DNA of 41,855 nt from a virus. The DNA lies in the IMG/VR virus record IMGVR_UViG_3300044569_000072, positions 1 to 41,855 of that record. The stretch is one strand, 5' to 3'. Under the pieces are notes generated by a model. The model was given only the letters and a program-made list of their open reading frames with translations. It was not told the origin of the DNA and ran no database searches. The first letter of the stretch is position 1; every line of letters starts with the position of its first letter. The position numbers and the translations under genes are program-made. Below, in pieces: positions 25,461 to 33,454 of the stretch.

Positions 25461-25657
25461 TGCGCGTCCTCCTCGTGCATGTCGTGCGTCGCGTCGTCAA
25501 TCATGTCGGCGAGGGCTCGCCACTTGCCCGCCTCGTCCTCGCCCCCCGCGCCGATGACGCACGCCACCGCATGGTCCGAGAAGTAGAAGCCCCTGTCCGC
25601 GAGCTCCCGGCACAGCCTCGCCGCGTCCCTGCGTCGGTCCTCTTCCTGAGACGTCAT
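25457..25657 (-). CDS. Small hypothetical protein
   Basis: 66 aa from the ATG at 25657. ATGA overlaps at both ends. Confidence 0.45.
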   Translation of the reverse strand: MTSQEEDRRRDAARLCRELADRGFYFSDHAVACVIGAGGEDEAGKWRALADMIDDATHDMHEEDAQ

Positions 25658-26166
25658 GCGTCCTCCCTCTCTCGTCTCGCCCTGTTGACCCAGTCGCGCG
25701 CGGTCGCGTCGCACACGCCGAGCCGCCTTGCTATCTCCTTGTTTGGCATCCCCTGCTCGCGCATCGACAGGGCAGCCTGCCTGAGGCTCCTCCTCCGTCG
25801 ACTCCACGCGTCACTCACGAGCGCCGCGAGTTGGCAGGACGTCTCGGCGACGGTGTGACCGGTCGCCCGCGCCACGAGGTCGGCTGCGCGCAGCAGCTCC
25901 GCGCTGTTGGCGTCCGCCCACTCGCCCGCCCCGGCGCGCACGCTGGGGTTGACGTCTATGGGCATCGCGCGCCGCAGGCACGAGCCCGCCTCCCCGCGCC
26001 GCAGCCCGAGGTGGTTCGCATGGGCCACTATCCGGTGCTGCTCCACGTGCTCCGGCTGTAGGAGCGCGGCCCAGCCCTCCCACCCGCTCCCTCGCGACTC
26101 GTAGTGCTCCACGAGCGCCGCGTCCTCGCGGTCTGTCCAATGGCAGCGCGTCACCCGGCGCGCCAT
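25654..26166 (-). CDS. DNA-binding protein with a C-terminal LuxR/sigma-region-4-like HTH
   Basis: About 170 aa from the ATG at 26166: MARRVTRCHWTDREDAALVEHY (Myb/SANT-like), then ...GMPNKEIARRLGVCDATARDWVNRA. Confidence 0.5.
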   Translation of the reverse strand: MARRVTRCHWTDREDAALVEHYESRGSGWEGWAALLQPEHVEQHRIVAHANHLGLRRGEAGSCLRRAMPIDVNPSVRAGAGEWADANSAELLRAADLVARATGHTVAETSCQLAALVSDAWSRRRRSLRQAALSMREQGMPNKEIARRLGVCDATARDWVNRARREREDA

Positions 26167-26450
26167 CAGTCGCCCGCCCACTCAGAGCGCTCGAAGCACG
26201 CCCACCGCGCGTCCGGGAGGCCGTCGCGCGATCGCGTGAGCCTCACGTCGCCCGCGCACGGGCCGAGCCTCCCGACGGGGACGCAGACGCCCCACTCGCC
26301 GTCTCGCGAGAGCTCCGCCCCGTCGACAAACTCGAGCGGGTCGTCCCCCGGGTTGAGCGGGTGCCACCACCTGCAGTTCCTGCACACGTGCCTTGGCTCC
26401 GGCGCGACGTAATCCCCGTCTCGCTCGAAGTTGTGGAACGGTTCTCCCAT
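26166..26450 (-). CDS. Hypothetical Cys-containing protein
   Basis: 94 aa from the ATG at 26450 (RBS GGGAGG 7 nt upstream): MGEPFHNFERDGDYVAPEPRHVCRNCRWWHP.... Confidence 0.5.
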   Translation of the reverse strand: MGEPFHNFERDGDYVAPEPRHVCRNCRWWHPLNPGDDPLEFVDGAELSRDGEWGVCVPVGRLGPCAGDVRLTRSRDGLPDARWACFERSEWAGD

Positions 26451-26539
26451 GACCGTGCCTCCCGTCATTAACTTGCATGCGCGGCGACCCTCGCGGAGCG
26501 TCCGTGGCATGCGCCGTATTTGGTTGTCTTGTTGATATG

Positions 26540-26800
26540 AGTGCGATTTGTTGCCGTGATTTTGCGGCAACATCGTTCGGCAACATGCTTTGCCTGCGAA
26601 AACGTCAAATGTTGCCGTGTTGCCGTGCTGCAAACATTTTTTTCGTCCTCTATACCTTCTGTATGCTCTATTACTATTATTTATAAATAGAAAGAGTCAG
26701 AGAAAAGAGGGCAACAGGGCAACAAGAATCCAATTTGAATATATCTACAAGCTTGTTTTCTTGTTGCCGATGTTGTTGCCATTCTTGTTGCCGTTGCCGT
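26540..26800. promoter_or_regulatory. Candidate replication origin: GTTGCC(G) iterons flanking an AT-rich core
   Basis: Eleven copies in total. Forward copies start at 26550, 26611, 26619, 26763, 26775, 26787 and 26793; reverse copies (GGCAAC) at 26566, 26579, 26710 and 26718. The AT-rich stretch is 26636-26700. The region lies directly downstream of the primase-helicase gene. Confidence 0.6.
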
Positions 26801-26817
26801 TATTTGTTTCGTTCATG

Positions 26818-28962
26818 TTAAACGAAACGTTCCCAGGCCTTCGAGATGCCATATCCGGGCACTCGCTGCTTGGATGATGTTTCCTTCCATCCGGGGCACC
26901 GGCCTATCGCGTTCGCGACGTTGTTGACGAAGAATCGCTTCTCGTTGGTGAACGCCCGCTTGTCGTAGCCCATGGCCTCGAACATCACCATCTTAACGTT
27001 CACGTACCTGTTCTCGGGACCGAGCTCGCCCAGGTAGTCGCTCACGACCTCCTGCACGTGGTCCTCCTGCGTGAACCTCTCCTGCATCTCCACGGATTCC
27101 GCGAGGACGCGCCTCGGAAGCGTCAGCGACCGCAGGAAGGCGTCCTTGCCGACCTCCCCGGCCTCGGCCACCCCCTCCCCCCACCACTGCGCCGCGTCGT
27201 GGTCCAGGGTGCCGTCGAACAGGCCCGGGTCGGCGTCGTTCATGTCGCGCCCGCACTCTATCGGGAGGAACCTGCGGTTGCCCGTCGAGTCCGTCAGGAA
27301 GGCGGAGTCGTTCGTGGTGCCGAAGAAGATCGCGGTGCGCGGGTGGCTCAGCGGGCTTCGGGCGTACGCCTCGCGGTACGTGTCCACCTGGCGCGTTATG
27401 ACCGACTTGATGAGGTTCATGTCCTTCTTCGAGAAGGAGTCGAGCTCGGGTATCTCCACCGCGAGCCTGCCGACGATTCTCTTGATGTCCTCGTCGCCGA
27501 AGGTGGAGAACCCCTCCAGGAAGAAGTCGCGGTCGAGCGCGAGCGCGGCCACGAACGTGGACTTCCCTATCCCCTGCGGCCCGACGAGGATGGGCATGAC
27601 GTCCGCCTTGCAGCCCGGCCACAGGGCGCGGGCCACCAGCTGGCGGTTGGTCAGCATCTCGGCCTCGTGCACGTACTCGGTGAGCTCGCAGCCCATGTAG
27701 TAGGGCAGGAGCCTCCCCCGCGCCGACTCGCGGCGCTCCCACGTGCGGCCCCCGTCCTCGGAGACCTCCACCTTCGCGGGGCCGTCCGCCATCGACTGGC
27801 CGTCCACCGGCCTCACCGTGGGGAGGGCCCTCAGGGCCTCGGCGATGGGGTCGTACTGCTGGCTGCGCGTCCCCGCGAAGGCGAGCAGTGCCGTCTGGAA
27901 CCGGGCGTACGAGCGCACTCCGAAGTCGTGCTCCAGGTACGTAAACATCTTCGCGGTCTCGGCGTCCGTCAGGACGTGCGGGCCGTCGAAGCCGGTCTCG
28001 GGTATGCAGTCCGTCAGAACGTGCAGCTTGCCGTCCAGCCGGTTGCACTTGATGCCCTCGCGCAGCGTCTCGTGGGCGAGCAGGACGTTCTGGATCTTCT
28101 CGGTGGTCTCGTCGGCCATCTTCTTGGCCGGGCGCTCGCCCGACACCTGCGGCGGCTCGGCCTCGCCGCCCCCTGAAATGGTGGAGAGGGCGTTTCCCGG
28201 CTCGTAGCGGCACACGCTCGCCGCTATCTTCTCCACCTCCGTGGGGGCCAACGGTGGCCGGCACCTGGTCTCGTTCGCGGCGGAGAGCATCGCGCGTATC
28301 TCCGCGTCGCTTCGGTTCGCGCTCCTGAGCGAGGAGCCGTACCTGAATAGGGTGTCGTTCCTGTTCTCGGCCACGTCGCTCGGCAGGTCGAACCTCTCTC
28401 GCGACGCCGTGTCGTGGCGTGGCCTCGCGTACTCTATGAAGGCGTACACCTGGTCGTTCGCGTCGGCCACGTCCATGTCGTTGGGGCTGACGCTCCACTC
28501 GTAGGTCTCCCCGCACGGGTGGAGGCTCGGGGGCAGCACCACGTAGCCGCCGTCGCCCCGTATGTCCACGCCCAGCGCGCCGTTGGCTGAGTTCCTGACC
28601 TCGCGGCTGGCGCGGTAGAACATCTGCCTGCCGCCGCTCCCGGTCACCTGCATCCACGTCTCGGGGAGCTCGCCGTGCTCGACCTCCCACGCCCTGAGCG
28701 CCCTGATGCCGTCCGACTCGTCGGAGTGCACGTCGAGGTCTATGGCGATGATGCCGCCGGAGACCTGCCCGAGCACCCCGCCGACGTTGTACCTCCTCCC
28801 CCTCCCCCACCACACGCCCACCTGGTCGGGGTTGTCCGACCAGTCGTTCAGGCCGTGCTTGGTGACGGGCTCCTTCTTGCCCTCGCCGAGTGGTATGACG
28901 GCGATGCCGCGCGCGATGTAGTCCCTCGCCGCCCTCGCGAGCGGCGACTCGTCAGCCGCCAT
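26818..28962 (-). CDS. Bifunctional primase-polymerase / D5-type helicase
   Basis: 714 aa. The N-terminus has IAVIPL...GGIIAIDLDVH...VDIRGDGGYVVLPPS (prim-pol), the middle has NDTLFRYGSSLRS (PriCT-like), and the C-terminal half has Walker A (VGPQGIGKST). Confidence 0.85.
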   Translation of the reverse strand: MAADESPLARAARDYIARGIAVIPLGEGKKEPVTKHGLNDWSDNPDQVGVWWGRGRRYNVGGVLGQVSGGIIAIDLDVHSDESDGIRALRAWEVEHGELPETWMQVTGSGGRQMFYRASREVRNSANGALGVDIRGDGGYVVLPPSLHPCGETYEWSVSPNDMDVADANDQVYAFIEYARPRHDTASRERFDLPSDVAENRNDTLFRYGSSLRSANRSDAEIRAMLSAANETRCRPPLAPTEVEKIAASVCRYEPGNALSTISGGGEAEPPQVSGERPAKKMADETTEKIQNVLLAHETLREGIKCNRLDGKLHVLTDCIPETGFDGPHVLTDAETAKMFTYLEHDFGVRSYARFQTALLAFAGTRSQQYDPIAEALRALPTVRPVDGQSMADGPAKVEVSEDGGRTWERRESARGRLLPYYMGCELTEYVHEAEMLTNRQLVARALWPGCKADVMPILVGPQGIGKSTFVAALALDRDFFLEGFSTFGDEDIKRIVGRLAVEIPELDSFSKKDMNLIKSVITRQVDTYREAYARSPLSHPRTAIFFGTTNDSAFLTDSTGNRRFLPIECGRDMNDADPGLFDGTLDHDAAQWWGEGVAEAGEVGKDAFLRSLTLPRRVLAESVEMQERFTQEDHVQEVVSDYLGELGPENRYVNVKMVMFEAMGYDKRAFTNEKRFFVNNVANAIGRCPGWKETSSKQRVPGYGISKAWERFV

Positions 28963-29473
28963 CCTCGTACGTCACCCCCAAAAGGTCGCATATGGTCCTT
29001 GCCGTGTCCCTCTTCGAGCAGAACGCGAAGCGGACGCCGTGCCTTCGCTCGAGGGTCGCCATAATCTTCACCATGGACGAGCCCTGCATCGGCCGGCACC
29101 TGTACCGCCTGCACCCGTCGTCGACGAGCGGGTCGCACATCCGGCACCGCTTGCATGGGTACGGGACCCACCCCTCTATGAGAGAGCGGTCCTCGTACCT
29201 CTCCCCCGCCTCCACCAGCACGACGAGCCGGAAGCCCGCCGCAGAAGCGCGGTCGAGCTCCCGGACGAACCTCGCGTGCTCGCGGCCCAGGTTGCCGGAC
29301 AGCTCCACGAGGCCCTGCTTCGTGTCTATCGAGACGTTCGAGCCCGTGCGCTGGTAGTCCCCGTAGTCGAGCTTCTTATACTCGTAGGGGACCCCGTGCG
29401 CTCCGAGCCATGTGTCGATGTTTCTGTGCTTCCCTGCCTGTTGACGTGTATCGCATAAGATTTTGATACACAT
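28952..29473 (-). CDS. ERCC4-type nuclease-like protein
   Basis: 173 aa with KLDYGDY...VSIDTK...RFVRELDR, resembling the GDY...ERK nuclease core. Confidence 0.45.
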   Translation of the reverse strand: MCIKILCDTRQQAGKHRNIDTWLGAHGVPYEYKKLDYGDYQRTGSNVSIDTKQGLVELSGNLGREHARFVRELDRASAAGFRLVVLVEAGERYEDRSLIEGWVPYPCKRCRMCDPLVDDGCRRYRCRPMQGSSMVKIMATLERRHGVRFAFCSKRDTARTICDLLGVTYEDGG

Positions 29474-29479
29474 TAGACG

Positions 29480-30088
29480 TTAGATGAACGGGATGTCGTC
29501 GTATGTCTCTGTGTGCTTTTCCGTGTTCTCCTTGCGACGCTGCGCGTAGCCCTTGGCGCGGGCGGCGTCCTGCTCGGCCTCCTCGAGCGAGAGGTACTTT
29601 CCGTCGAGCGTCTTGTGGCGGGCCGGCTTGGCGCTCCCGTCGCGGATCTCGGCGATGCGGACGAAGTGGTCGGGGCGGACGCTCGTGCGAACGTCGCCCT
29701 CCTTGTTCTCGTACTCCTCCTCGCCGAAGCAGACTCCCACGGCCTTGCCGAGGAACAGTGACAGGCCAGACTCGTCGCCGTTGAACGCGGCCTCGGCGTC
29801 GAAGCCTGGGTTGCAGTCGGTAACGACGTGGAGGCGTCCCTTGAGGAAGTTGAGCGCCGCCTCCTTGTATGACAGGATGATGTTGTGCGTGTAGGGCTTG
29901 TCGGCGTAGTACTTGTCCTCGAAGAAGCCCCTCTTGTCGCCCTCCGCCACGTCGACGAGCACGCGCACGTACTCCTTGTCGGCGACGTCCTCGGCACCGG
30001 TGATGCGGCAGACGTAGTTGCCCGCAGGCAGCGTGTCGAAGCCGCCCTCGACGGCCTCGTCGATGCTCTCGAAGTTTATCTTACGCAT
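29480..30088 (-). CDS. DUF669-type single-strand DNA-binding / annealing-associated protein
   Basis: 202 aa adjacent to the Sak4-like ATPase. The acidic C-terminal tail ...TYDDIPFI resembles the SSB DDDIPF tip. Confidence 0.55.
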   Translation of the reverse strand: MRKINFESIDEAVEGGFDTLPAGNYVCRITGAEDVADKEYVRVLVDVAEGDKRGFFEDKYYADKPYTHNIILSYKEAALNFLKGRLHVVTDCNPGFDAEAAFNGDESGLSLFLGKAVGVCFGEEEYENKEGDVRTSVRPDHFVRIAEIRDGSAKPARHKTLDGKYLSLEEAEQDAARAKGYAQRRKENTEKHTETYDDIPFI

Positions 30089-30740
30089 TCTTGGTTCCCT
30101 TCTTCTGTTCCTCCACGAGGGGCGCGAGCCCCATGTACTCGCGGATTGCCGTGTCGACCGCGCAGAGGTCGTTGTCGATGTACTGCGCCTGGAACATCCC
30201 CATCGGCGTCTTCGCCGGAAGCTCGTCGTTGGTGACGAACACGTGCTCGCCGCCTTGTAGCTTCGCGAGCAGGACGATGGCGAACATGCCGACGAGGTTG
30301 ACCTTCTCGTTCAGGAGCTTGCCGACCGTGGCGGGGACGACGTTTCCGCTCGCGTCCACGTCGGTGTGCATCATCAGGTAAACTATCCTGTCCCCCGGCG
30401 TGTCGGAGACTATCGAGTTCACGAACCCGTACACGTCGTGGCCTATCTTCTTGTAGACGTCGAACTGGTCGCGCATCTTCTCGTCGCCGTAGCTGTATCG
30501 CATGTACGTGTCGGTGATGAGGTAGCCGAAGTCGTCGACCACGACCGAGCGCGACTTGGCCTTCATCGTCGCGGCGAGCGCGCTCTGGGCCTCCCGCGTG
30601 ACGTATCCCGTGGGCGCGCCGCGAAACGGCAGCGGCTTGCCAAGGACGTTCACGAGACCGAACGAGCCCTCGGGGAAGCCCCTCATCGAGGTCGACTTGC
30701 CCGTGCCGCTCGGCCCCATGACGAGAACCGGTACTCCCAT
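30081..30740 (-). CDS. Sak4-like / AAA_24 RecA-fold ATPase
   Basis: 219 aa with Walker A (VMGPSGTGKST) and Walker B-like (SVVVDDFG) motifs. Confidence 0.65.
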   Translation of the reverse strand: MGVPVLVMGPSGTGKSTSMRGFPEGSFGLVNVLGKPLPFRGAPTGYVTREAQSALAATMKAKSRSVVVDDFGYLITDTYMRYSYGDEKMRDQFDVYKKIGHDVYGFVNSIVSDTPGDRIVYLMMHTDVDASGNVVPATVGKLLNEKVNLVGMFAIVLLAKLQGGEHVFVTNDELPAKTPMGMFQAQYIDNDLCAVDTAIREYMGLAPLVEEQKKGTKNA

Positions 30741-30743
30741 TGA

Positions 30744-30980
30744 TCATTCCTCCCTGTACTCGCGCATCACCCCGGTGATGCCGTTGTGTCGTAGATACTC
30801 GGCGAACTCGACCGCCCGCTCGTGCGTCTCCGCCCCGTCGAGCCGTATGACCAGATCCACGCGGCCACGCGCGGACGAGACCCCCTCCACGTCCGCGCGG
30901 GACGGCAGGAGGCACGTCGAGGTCTTTCCTATGAGCGGGACGAGAGTGGAGGGCGCGCTGACGCGCAGCTCGCGCCTCAC
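30744..30980 (-). CDS. Hypothetical protein
   Basis: 78-aa ORF in an operon of overlapping genes. Confidence 0.4.
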   Translation of the reverse strand: MRRELRVSAPSTLVPLIGKTSTCLLPSRADVEGVSSARGRVDLVIRLDGAETHERAVEFAEYLRHNGITGVMREYREE

Positions 30981-31153
30981 TCCTCCCCCTCCCCCTCGTA
31001 CGGGTGGACCTCCACCTCGTAGACGGTCCCGAAGTCGGGCTCCTCGCCCTGTGCGCCGTCAACGTACATGCGGAGGTAGTCGCCCTGGTGGATTCCGTCG
31101 AACTCGTAGAAGAGCCGGTCCTCGCCCACGCGCTTGACGCCCGCGAGCGTCAT
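30977..31153 (-). CDS. Hypothetical protein
   Basis: 58 aa from the ATG at 31153 (MTLAGVKRVGEDRLFYEF...). Confidence 0.4.
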   Translation of the reverse strand: MTLAGVKRVGEDRLFYEFDGIHQGDYLRMYVDGAQGEEPDFGTVYEVEVHPYEGEGEE

Positions 31154-31161
31154 CTGGCATT

Positions 31162-31380
31162 TCACTTCTGCTCGTCGCCTCCCATCCACTCGTCCACCCA
31201 CTCGGGGCGGACCCTCCACCCGCGCTTGGCCCCGTTCGGCCTCAGCGAGCGCAGGTGTCCCGCGTTGACCTCGTCGAGCAGGCTGCGGTACCTGACGCCT
31301 GTGTACCTGGCCGTCTCGGCGAGCGAGTACGTCATCATGGGCGGCAGACCGCAGGCCTCCGCCATCTCCGCCGCCCTCAT
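31162..31380 (-). CDS. Excisionase-family / MerR-like HTH protein
   Basis: 72 aa. ...YSLAETARYTGVRYRSLLDEVNAGHLRS...RVRPEWVDEWM matches the Xis/HTH_17 style. Confidence 0.5.
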   Translation of the reverse strand: MRAAEMAEACGLPPMMTYSLAETARYTGVRYRSLLDEVNAGHLRSLRPNGAKRGWRVRPEWVDEWMGGDEQK

Positions 31381-31526
31381 CGGACGTCCACTATCGACGC
31401 CGCGACCATGCAGACGGCGGCGAAGAGCAGCGCCGCCCACGTGTGGGACTCGATGTAGGCCGCGAACGCGTCTGCGGAGCGGTCGATCGCCCGCCACGCC
31501 GTGCGACCGATGTGGGCTATGCTCAT
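31377..31526 (-). CDS. Small membrane protein
   Basis: 49 aa from the ATG at 31526 (RBS GGGAGG), with a hydrophobic C-terminal half. Confidence 0.45.
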   Translation of the reverse strand: MSIAHIGRTAWRAIDRSADAFAAYIESHTWAALLFAAVCMVAASIVDVR

Positions 31527-31598
31527 GTGCGACCTCCCTAGGTCACGGGTCCCGCCTTGCTTGCAGGCGTGCGGGGCCCTCTTCTTATATGTGTGAGT

Positions 31599-31673
31599 TG
31601 GTGGACGCGGCGGGTGTCGGACCCGCGTCTGCCGCTTAGGGGGCGGGCGCTCTGTCCACTGAGCTACGTGGCG
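31599..31673 (-). pseudogene. tRNA-Arg(CCT)-like relic (degenerate, probably non-functional)
   Basis: The minus strand reads CGCCACG-TA-GCTCAGTGGACAGAGC-G-CCCGC-CCCCTAA-GCGGC-AGAC-GCGGG-TCCGACA-CCCGC-CGCGTCC-A-CCA. The D-arm, T-stem and CCA are intact. Only 4 of 7 acceptor pairs form, and both C33 and C55 replace the conserved U. Confidence 0.5.
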
Positions 31674-31971
31674 CATTTATGCCGCACGCATGCGGCTCGT
31701 GCTCGCGCACCCGCCACGGCGACGCCCGGTACGGACGGCCATCATGCTGTGGCCGGCGGGACCGTATGGCAGGCCCCGCACCCGTTACGCCGGAGTGGCG
31801 CACTCTTCTGGTGCGCGGCACGCCGGGCGGCACCGTGGCAGGTGCGCGATTGGTGCGATTTGGTTCTGATGGTTCCGCATTTGAGGGAGCCGACAACCCT
31901 TGATTTCGTGGATGCCACCAACCAGCGGGGCGTTTTTCAAGGTACGGGGTGGTGCGGGGTACGGGTTGGCT

Positions 31972-32187
31972 CTACTTCGGCCAGCCCATGAGGTAGTTCG
32001 GGGTAACGCCCAGGGCATCCGCAAGCCGAACGACCTTGTCCGCCCCGGGAACTTGAGCCTCGTCCTCGTACTGGAAGATGGCCGACTGCGAGAGGTTCGC
32101 CTGCTTTGCCAGCTCTATCTGCGTCATGTCAAGCTCGGCACGACGCGCTCGCAGGTTCTTGGCGAACACGCTCTTGTTGAATCCCAT
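31972..32187 (-). CDS. Cro-like XRE-family HTH regulator
   Basis: 71 aa, with MTQIELAKQANLSQSAIFQYE. Divergent from the CI-like gene. Confidence 0.75.
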   Translation of the reverse strand: MGFNKSVFAKNLRARRAELDMTQIELAKQANLSQSAIFQYEDEAQVPGADKVVRLADALGVTPNYLMGWPK

Positions 32188-32357
32188 TCCTCTGTCACCC
32201 CCTTGATTCCCCTCACTTGGTCAGACACTTTTCTGTCTGTCAATATTCAGAATAGACGTTTATATGTCTGTGTCAAGTGAATTAGCAACATTTTTTTGCG
32301 TTGACGCAAATTTTTGTCTACAATACGAATGAACGCGAACAGCGGAACGGAGCAGAG
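32188..32357. promoter_or_regulatory. Immunity switch region (divergent promoters and operators)
   Basis: Plus strand: TTGCGT (32297-32302), a 16-nt spacer, then TACAAT (32319-32324). Minus strand: TTGACA followed by TATTCT. Also a CAGACA-N6-TGTCTG dyad and repeated TGTCTGT(G)TCAA boxes. Confidence 0.55.
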
Positions 32358-32744
32358 ATGAACATCAGGCTCAGGGAGTATCGAGAGGCGCTCGGCATGA
32401 CCCAGCCCGAGCTTGCCCGCGAGATAGGCAAGTCTTTCAGGACCATACAGTCATGGGAGCGCGGCGAGTCGTTTCCGAACGCGGCCAACGTGTGGGATCT
32501 GTGCAAGTGCTTCCACGTCGACCCGAACACGCTCCTCGGCTGGTACGAGGAGCACCCGCGAGAGCTTCCGTCTCCGCCAGCCTATGCAGACCCCCGCCAG
32601 GCGCGCATGAACGCCGCCTACGAGAAGATGGGCGAGGACTCCAAGGACGGGGCGTCGGCCTCCGTCACGGCCATGTGGGAGGCCGAGAGAGCGCGCGCGA
32701 AGGCGACGGTTCAAGACGATGTGAACAACCGAGAGGCTATGTAG
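32358..32744 (+). CDS. CI-like repressor (XRE HTH)
   Basis: 128 aa from the ATG at 32358: MNIRLREYREALGMTQPELAREIGKSFRTIQSWERGES.... Confidence 0.75.
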   Translation: MNIRLREYREALGMTQPELAREIGKSFRTIQSWERGESFPNAANVWDLCKCFHVDPNTLLGWYEEHPRELPSPPAYADPRQARMNAAYEKMGEDSKDGASASVTAMWEAERARAKATVQDDVNNREAM

Positions 32745-32815
32745 AAGGCAATCGCGCCCTCTGGCACTGCCTGCCCCAGATGGTGGAGCACCCAGCGTGA
32801 CGAGACGCGCAGACG

Positions 32816-33373
32816 ATGGGAGATGCGAGATACATGGCAAGTCACTTCAAGGAGCAACCGGCGTGGGACGAGGACGAGCCCGAGGGGCAGGAAGCGGCCT
32901 TCCGTCCCCAAGTAGTGGAGAAGCCCGAAGATGACCTCGCTCCATCTCCTCAAGACGAGAGTGCAGCCATGGTTGCCGCGTATTTTGGTACTGCGACTCC
33001 CGAGCAGAGAAAGATTCTCGATAGGGCGCAGGCGCGTAAGGAAGCTCATAACGACTCTAATTTAGAGGTTACCTCGTGGTCAGCGCCCGTCGAGCCAGAG
33101 CCCGAGCATGAGGAGGTGATGGTTATGGCACACGCACATCGTGACTCATCGAAGGTGTCGAAGCAGAAACGAAAGAGCGGGCTCGTATGCCCTCACTGCG
33201 GAAGCGAGGACGTGATTCTCGCGGGCTCCACCAGAAGCCCCCTGTCGGCGGGCAAGATGGTCGCAGGCGGGCTCGTGGCGGGCCCCGGGGGCGCGGTGGT
33301 CGGGGCGCTCATGGGCAAGAAGGGCAAGAACGAGTTCATCTGTCGCAGCTGCGGCAGGAAGTACCGCAAGTAG
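32816..33373 (+). CDS. Zinc-ribbon / glycine-zipper protein (candidate lysogen-expressed gene)
   Basis: 185 aa. The N-terminal half is acidic. The C-terminus reads CPHCGS...GKMVAGGLVAGPGGAVVGALMG...CRSCGRKY. Sits between the repressor and integrase genes. Confidence 0.5.
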   Translation: MGDARYMASHFKEQPAWDEDEPEGQEAAFRPQVVEKPEDDLAPSPQDESAAMVAAYFGTATPEQRKILDRAQARKEAHNDSNLEVTSWSAPVEPEPEHEEVMVMAHAHRDSSKVSKQKRKSGLVCPHCGSEDVILAGSTRSPLSAGKMVAGGLVAGPGGAVVGALMGKKGKNEFICRSCGRKYRK

Positions 33374-33454
33374 GCACAGCAAGGGCCCCGTGCGTCCGCC
33401 AAGACATAACACGGGGCCTGCGCCAACCACCCATCGAATGGAGGCATGTGCATT

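Noticed and set aside
26590-26877. Plus-strand ORF (95 aa, LLPMLLPFLLPLPL...) across the AT-rich region
   Set aside because: It is an artefact of translating the GTTGCC iterons. The region is better explained as an origin.
31680-31971. ORFs in the GC-rich leader between the tRNA-like element and the cro-like gene (31636..31896, 31785..32024, 31679..31903)
   Set aside because: They show poor codon bias and junk-like composition, and no ribosome-binding sites. The region is treated as non-coding. Small hairpins such as GCCGCA-cgca-TGCGGC at 31681-31696 were noted, but no function could be assigned.
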